From Taeniopygia guttata (taxonomy: Eukaryota), in assembly GCF_048771995.1 (NCBI RefSeq), contig NC_133041.1:4727324-4791323 (forward strand): a stretch of DNA of 64,000 bases, given 5' to 3'. Of this stretch, positions 57,939 to 64,000 are shown piece after piece (position 1 is the stretch's first letter; each line of letters begins with the position of its first letter). A program made the position numbers and the translations under genes. The notes beneath the pieces were generated by a model that saw only the letters and a program-made list of their open reading frames with translations, was not told the DNA's origin and did not search any database.

Positions 57939-58533
57939 CTAATGGGCGGGGCCAGAAAGGGGGCGGGGTCAGAAAAAGGGGGCGGGGCCAAGGAGAGAGG
58001 GGATTTGGGGGGAATATTGGGGATTTTGGGGGGAATTTTGGGGATTTGGGGGAATATTGGGGATTTTGGGGGGAATTTTGGATATTTTGGGGGGAATATT
58101 GGAGATTTTGGGGATTTTTGGGAAAATTTGGGGGATTTTGGGGATTTTGAGGGCAATTTTGGGGGAATTTTGGAGATTTTGTGGGGGATTTTGGGAGAAT
58201 TTTGGGGGAAATTTGGACATTTTGGGGAGAATTTTGGGGACTTTGGGGTTAATTTTGGGGATTTTGGGGTGAATTTTGGGGACTTTGGGGGGAATTTTGG
58301 GGGGAATATTGGGGATTTTGGGGGGAATTTTAGGGATTTTGGGGGGAATTTAGGGATTTTGGGGGGATTTTGTGGGAATTTTGGGGATTTTGAGGTGAAT
58401 TTTGGGGATTTTTGGGGCCTTTTTTGCATCAAATTTTTAGTATTTCAGGGCGGATTTTCCCTCTGGATTTTTGGGTTGAATTTTGGGTATTTTGGGGGTG
58501 TTCAGGTCGGAATTTTGGGGGTTCCTCGCCCAC

Positions 58534-58638
58534 CCTTGAGCTTCTCCCCGAACATGGTGAGGAAGACGGTGAAGTTGATGGGCCCCGAGGCCTCTTTGAT
58601 CATCGCGTCCAACTCCTCGTTCTTCACGTTCAGCCGCC
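58534..58638 (-). CDS. MYLPF: MYLPF exon 4; encodes (G)[34 protein letters not shown](G)
   Basis: Minus acceptor ccccccag, donor gtgggc. Identical to vertebrate MLC2f. Confidence 0.92.
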
Positions 58639-59575
58639 CTGGGGGGGGCGGGGCCACATCGGGACACGCCCACCGGCCACACCCTCACAAGCCCCTCCCC
58701 CTCACTCAAAACCCCGCCCACTCCCGCCAATAAATTCACGCCACGCCCACTTTTGTGGCACCACACCCCTCTAAGCCACTCCCACCTCATTTAAATGCAC
58801 CACGCCCCTTCTTTAAGCCCCGCCCATTCACCCCACTAAGCCCCTCCCCTTTAAATTTAACCCTTTACGTCCTTCCCCTTCCTTTAACCCCTCTAAGCCC
58901 CTCCCCCTAAAAAGCTCCACCCATCTTTTAAGCCCCTCCCCTTTTCTTTAAGCCCCTCCCCTTTCCTTAAAGCCCCTCCCCTTTCCTTTAGGCCCCTCCC
59001 ATTTTCCTTTAAGCCCCTCCCCCTTCCTTTTAAGCCCCTCCCCTTTTATTTAAGCCCCTCCCCCTCATTAAATCCCCCTCATAACAAGCCCCGCCCATTT
59101 AACAAGCCCCTCCCCCTTTTTTGACCCCTCCAATTTAAGCCCCTCCCATTTTCCTTTAAGCCCCTCCCCTTTCCTTTAAGCCCCTCCCCCTTTATTTTAG
59201 GCCCCTCCCCTTTTATTTAAGCCCCTCCCCCTCATTAAATCCCCCTCATAACAAGCCCCTCCCCCTTTTTCAACCCCTCCCATTTAAGCCCCTCCCACTT
59301 TCATTTAAGCCCCTCCCCTTTCCTTTTAAGCCCCTCCCATTTCCTTTAAGCCCCTCCCACTTTCCTTTAGCCCCTCCCCTTTCCTTTAAGCCCCTCCCCT
59401 TCCCTTTAAGCCCCTCCCCTTTTCTTTAACCCCTTTCCTTTAAGCCCCGCCCCCTTTCCCATTCAAACCCCTCCCCTTAAGCCCCGCCCCTCATTTAGAA
59501 TGCAAATTTTCGGCCCCACGCCCACCCAAGCCACGCCCACCCGTGCCAGGCCCCGCCCCCTTTAGCCCCGCCCAC

Positions 59576-59651
59576 CCATGGCGGCGAAGGTCTCCCGCAG
59601 GTCATCCTTATCGATGATCCCGTCGCGGTTCTGATCGATCACCGTGAAGGC
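59576..59651 (-). CDS. MYLPF: MYLPF exon 3; encodes AFTVIDQNRDGIIDKDDLRETFAAM(G)
   Basis: Minus acceptor ccccccag, donor gtgggc. This is the Ca-binding EF-hand 1 (DQNRDGIIDKDD). Confidence 0.92.
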
Positions 59652-60764
59652 CTGGGGGGGTGGGGGAGGGGCGGGGGGCGTGGCCAAAGGGGGAGGGGCG
59701 TCAAGGCCACGCCCACCGCGAAATTTCGGTGAAAATTCCCAAAAAAACCCGGGAAAAATCGACGGAATTTTGGGGGTTTTGGGGGGTAAAATGCGCGAGG
59801 GAAGCTCCGCCCACTCCGCGCAAAGCTCCGCCCACTGAGTGCAAAGCTCCGCCCACTGAGCCCAAAGCTCCGCCCCCACCTCATTAAGCCCCTCCCCCAC
59901 CCATTTTTTCCCATTTTTCCGCCATTTTGGGGTCCGCGACCTTCGCCAATTTTGCCCCTCCCCCATTTTAAGCCCCTCCCCCACCTTTAGCCCCTCCCCT
60001 ACCTTTAGCCCATCCCCTTTTAGCCCCTCCCCCACCTCATTAAGCCCCTCCCCCACCTTTTATTTTCCCCATTTTTTCGCCATTTTGGGGTCCTCGACCT
60101 CCGCGATTTTTGCCCCTCCCCCATTTTAAGCCCCTCCCCCCTTTTAAGCCCCTCCCCCACATTAAGCCCCTCCCCTTTAAGCCCCTCCCCCACCTCATTA
60201 AGCCCCTCCCCCACCTTTTATTTTTCCCATTTTTTCGCCATTTTGGGGTCAGTGACCTCCACCATTTTTGCCCCTCCCCCATTTTAAGCCCCTCCCCCAT
60301 TTTAAGCCCCTCCCCCATTTTAAGCCCCTCCCCCACCTTCAGCCCCTCCCCCATTTTAGCCCCTCCCCCACCTTTTATTTTTCCCATTTTTCCGCCATTT
60401 TTGGGTCCTCGACCTTCGCCATTTTTGCCCCTCCCCCATTTTAAGCCCCTCCCCCATTTTAAGCCCCTCCCCCACCTTTAGCCCCTCCCCCATTTTAGCC
60501 CCTCCCCCACCTTTAATTTTTCCCATTTCTCCGCCATTTTGGGGTCCTCGACCTTCGCCATTTTTGCCCCTCCCCCCTTTTAGCCCCTCCCCCACCTCAT
60601 TAAGCCCCTCCCCCTCCCATTTTTTCCCATTTTTTTGCCATTTTGGGGTCCTCAACCGCCGCGTTTTTTGCCCCTCCCCCATTTTCAGCCCCTCCCCCAC
60701 CTCTGGCCCCTCCCCCCGCCCCTCCCCCACCCCCGCCCCTCCCCCACCCCCGCCCCTCCCCCAC

Positions 60765-60854
60765 CTCCTTGAACTCCTGGATCTGGGTCTGGTCGAACAT
60801 GGAGAAGACGTTGGAGCTGCCCTCGGCCGCGCGGCGCTTCGCCTTCTTGGGGGC
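60765..60854 (-). CDS. MYLPF: MYLPF exon 2; encodes [30 protein letters not shown]
   Basis: Minus acceptor gaatttcag, donor gtgggg. Contains the MLCK phosphorylation site ([11 protein letters not shown]). Confidence 0.92.
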
Positions 60855-62610
60855 CTGAAATTCGGGGGGGATTTGGGGCATTTTGGGGATTTTTGGGGAT
60901 TTTTGGGGAAATTTGGGGAATTCGGGAAATTTGGGGGATTTTTGGGGGGATAAAGGAAGATTTGGGGGGGATTTGGGGGGATTTTAGGGGGGATTTGGGG
61001 GGATTTTGGGGGAGATTTTGTGGCGGGGAAATTGGGGATTTTTGGAAGGATTTGGGGAATTTTTGGGGATTTTGGGAGGATTTTAGAGGATTTGGGATTA
61101 TTGGGGAATTTTGGGGGAATTTTGGATATTTTGGGGGATTTTTGGGAGGATAGGGGGATTTTGGGGAGATTTTGGGGATTTTGAGGGGATTTTGGGAGGA
61201 CTTTGGGGATTTTAGGGGGATTTAGGGGAAATTTGGGGGAATTTGGGGGAATTTGGGGGATTTTGGGGGATTTCGGGGGATTTAGGAAGATTTGACAGGG
61301 TTTTCGGGGAAATTTGGGGGATTTTAGGGGGATTTTGGGGGATTTTAGGGGATTTGGGGGGAATTTGGGGAATTTTATGGGGATTTTTGGAGGATTTTGG
61401 GGGATTTTTGAGGAATTTGAGGGAATTTTGGGAAGATTTTCGGGACTTTGAGGGGACTTAGGGGAATTTGGGGGAATTTTCAGGATTTTGGGGTATTTTG
61501 GGGGATTTGGGTTAATTTGGGGGGATTTAGGAAGATTTGAGGGGTTTTGGGGGGGATTTGGGGGATTTTTGTGGGGATTTTGGGAATTAGAGGGGATTTT
61601 GGGGATTTTGTGGTAATTTTGGGGGGATTTTGGGGGATTTGCAAAGATTTGAGGGATTAAAAATGGAAATTTTGTTGATTTTTTTGGGGCTATTTGGGCA
61701 TTTCTTTGGATTTTGGGGATTTTTTGGGGGGTCCTGCTTCAGATTTTTGGGATAAATTTCAGGGATTTTGGGGGATATTTTGGGGTGAATTTCAGGGATT
61801 TTGGGGAATATTTTGGGGTAAATTTCAGGTATTTTAGGGGAGATTTTTGGGGTCAATCCCGGGGATTTGGGGGAATATTTTGGGATAAATTTCTGTGATT
61901 TTTGGGGAATATTGTGGGGTAAATTTCAGGGATTTTCAGGGATATTTTTGGGGTAAATTTCAGGGATTTCGGGGATATTTTTGGGGTCAATCCCGCGGAT
62001 TTTGGGGGATATTTTTGGGGTCAATCCCGGGGATTTTGGGGTAAATTTCAGGGATTTCGGGGAATATTTTGGGGTAAATTTCCGGGATTTTGGGGGATAT
62101 TTTTGGGATAAATTTCCGGGATTTTAGGGAATATTTTTGGGGTCAATCCCGCGGATTTTGGGGAATATTTTTGGGGTCAATCCCGGGGATTTTGGGGGAT
62201 ATTTTTGGGGTCAATCCCGCGGATTTTGGGGAATATTTTGGGGTAAATTTCAGGTATTTTGGGGGATATTTTTGGGGTCAATCCCAGGGATTTTGGGGGA
62301 TATTTTGGGGTAAATTTCAGGGATTTCAGGGAATATTTTGGGGTAAATTTCCGGGATTTCGGGGAATATTTTGGGGTAAATTCCGGGGATTTTCAGGGAT
62401 ATTTTTGGGGTCAATCCCGCGGATTTTGGGGGATATTTTGGGGTAAATTTCCGGGATTTCGGGGAATATTTTGGGGTAAATTTCAGGGAATTTGGGGGAT
62501 ATTTTTGGGGTCAATCCCGCGGATTTTGGGGAATATTTTGGGGTCAATCCCGCGGATTTTGGGGGATATTTTTGGGGTCAATCCCGCGGATTTTGGGGTG
62601 CCCCCCTCAC

Positions 62611-62613
62611 CAT
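62611..62613 (-). CDS. MYLPF: MYLPF exon 1: the initiator ATG is the only coding triplet and is followed directly by the donor gtgagg. The 5'UTR probably runs to about plus 62655
   Basis: The minus strand reads ...gagagcggccATGgtgagggggg. The ATG-only first coding exon is the known MLC2 gene architecture. The exon 2 acceptor is in phase with it. Confidence 0.7.
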
Positions 62614-62870
62614 GGCCGCTCTCTCGTTCCTCTCCCGCCGCTTTCGGCTCCTCCCGGGGGGTTTCGGGGCCCCCGGGGGGATTTTTATGGCCCCGGGTGG
62701 GGGAGGGGCGGCCCCGAAATAGCCCCGGGACCCCCTCCCCCCCCGCCCCTCCCCCACCCCCCCAAAAAGGACCCCGGGGTTCCCTTAAAGGGGCAGAGGC
62801 CGAAAATAGAAACTCCCCCCGCCCCTCCCCCACCCTCCCCCCCAGCCCCTCCCCCACCCCGCAGCTGCCG
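62614..62870 (-). promoter_or_regulatory. MYLPF proximal promoter: TATA-like CATAAAAAT (plus 62681-62690), a CArG-like CCCTTTAAGGG (plus about 62783-62793) and an E-box CAGCTG (plus about 62857-62862)
   Basis: The motifs were read on the minus strand upstream of the ATG. The TATA-like box sits about 70 nt upstream of the ATG, which fits a TSS near 62655. The CArG and MEF2-like matches are imperfect. Confidence 0.4.
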
Positions 62871-64000
62871 CTGCCCCTCCCCCACCCCGGGGGGGTAAGG
62901 GGGGGGAGGGGAAAGGGGTGGGGGAGGGGAGGGGAGGCAGGAGCAGGGAACCAGTAAAACCAGTAAAAACCAGTAAAAACCAGTGAAAACCAGTAAAACC
63001 AGTTAAACCAGTAAAAATCAGTAAAAACCAGTAAAAAACATGGAAAACCAGTAAGAACTAGCAAAAACGTGTAAAATCCAGTAAAAACCATTAAAACCAG
63101 TAAAGGAAACCAGTAAAACCAGTAAAAACAATTAAAAATCAGTAAAAACCAGTAAAAACCAGTGAAAACCAGTAAAAACCAGTAAAAATCAGTAAAAACC
63201 AGTAAAAACCAGTAAAAACCAGTGAAAACCAGTGAAAATCAGTGAAACCAGTGAAAACCAGTAGAAAACACTAAAGGAAACCAGTAAAAATCAGTAAAAA
63301 TCAGTAAAAACCAGTGAAAACCAGTAAAACCAGTAAAAACCAGTGAAACCAGTAAAAACCAGTGAAAACCAGTAAAAACCACTAAAAACCAGTAAAAATC
63401 AGTGAAAACCAGTAAAAAACAGTAAAACCAGTAAAAACCAGTGAAAACCAGTAAAAACCAGTGAAAACCAGTAAAAACCAGTGAAACCAGTAAAAACCAG
63501 TGAAAACCAGTAAAAATCAGTAAAACCAGTAAAAACCAGTAAAAAACAGTGAAAACCAGTAAAAACCAGTAAAAACCAGTAAAACCAGTGAAAATCAGTA
63601 AAAACCAGTAAAAATCAGTAAAAACCAGTGAAAACCAGTAAAAAACAGTAAAAATCAGTGAAAACCAGTAAAAACCAGTGAAAACCAGTAAAAATTAGTA
63701 AAAACCAGTGAAAACCAGTGAAAACCAGTAAAATCAGTGAAAACCAGTAAAAACCAGTGAAAACCAGTAAAGGAAACCAGTAAAACCAGTAAAAACCAGT
63801 AAAAATCAGTAAAACCAGTAAAAAAAACTAAAGGAGACCAGTGAAACCAGTAAAAACCAGTGAAAACCAGTAAAAACCAGCCAAACCAGTAAAAACCAGT
63901 GAAAACCATTTAAACCAGTAAAGGAAACCAGTAAAACCAGTAAAAACCAGTAAAACCAGTAAAAAACACTAAAGGAAACCAGTAAAAACCAGTGAAACCT

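Larger units (their letters stand above)
54700..64000. repeat. MYLPF introns and flanks are filled with satellites: ccaaaattccgacggaaaa-type (54700-55650), G/T-rich gggaattttgggggatttttgg families (55800-56950, 57020-57850, 57950-58520, 60860-62600), a 20-bp aagcccctcccctttcctt satellite (58700-59520), units of about 120 bp (59660-60760), and the accagtaaaaaccagtgaaa satellite (62950-64000), which is the reverse complement of the ctggttttactgg family
   Basis: Direct periodicity. Confidence 0.85.

Overview
This window is vertebrate, almost certainly avian, and not prokaryotic. It is a GC-rich, gene-dense segment that I estimate by eye to be more than 80% tandem repeats, satellites and G-quadruplex arrays. 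Six spliced protein-coding genes sit inside it, and their exons are short, very GC-rich islands separated by introns made almost entirely of satellites. All six are orthologues of human 16p11.2 genes. In window order they are: SGF29 (+ strand, its last 6 exons; the 5' exons lie upstream of the window), SLX1 (- strand, 5 exons), BOLA2 (+, 3 exons, head-to-head with SLX1), SLC5A2/SGLT2 (+, 15 exons spanning 16733-41911), CDIPT (+, 6 exons, complete 213-aa product), and MYLPF (-, 7 exons, complete 169-aa product). The MYLPF product matches the chicken fast skeletal myosin regulatory light chain ending ...HGEDKEGE as I remember it. Every exon boundary was placed by hand from GT/AG sites, reading-frame continuity and remembered human or chicken protein sequences, and the summed exon lengths give the expected protein lengths. 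No rRNA, tRNA, snRNA, CRISPR array or prokaryotic operon was found. The long ORFs in the six-frame track over repeat arrays are periodic translations of the satellites, not genes. There are four notable things beyond the genes. (1) The SLX1/BOLA2 bidirectional promoter is built from a tandemly amplified cassette of ZNF143 (SBS) and YY1 motifs. (2) SLC5A2 exon-boundary fragments with intact splice sites have been copied again and again into the adjacent intronic tandem arrays, creating decoy acceptors and donors, including perfect in-frame 30-nt pseudo-micro-exons. (3) Several unrelated satellite families each carry canonical transcription-factor motifs: octamer ATGCAAAT, ATGCTAATGAG (octamer plus TAATGARAT), GC boxes, the YY1 core AAGATGGCGGC, and the ZBED1/hDREF motif TGTCGCGATA. 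(4) Some arrays are arranged as inverted arms or perfect palindromes around or inside exon-bearing DNA. This matches the GC-rich, repeat-saturated avian microchromosome regions that hold genes long thought missing in birds.
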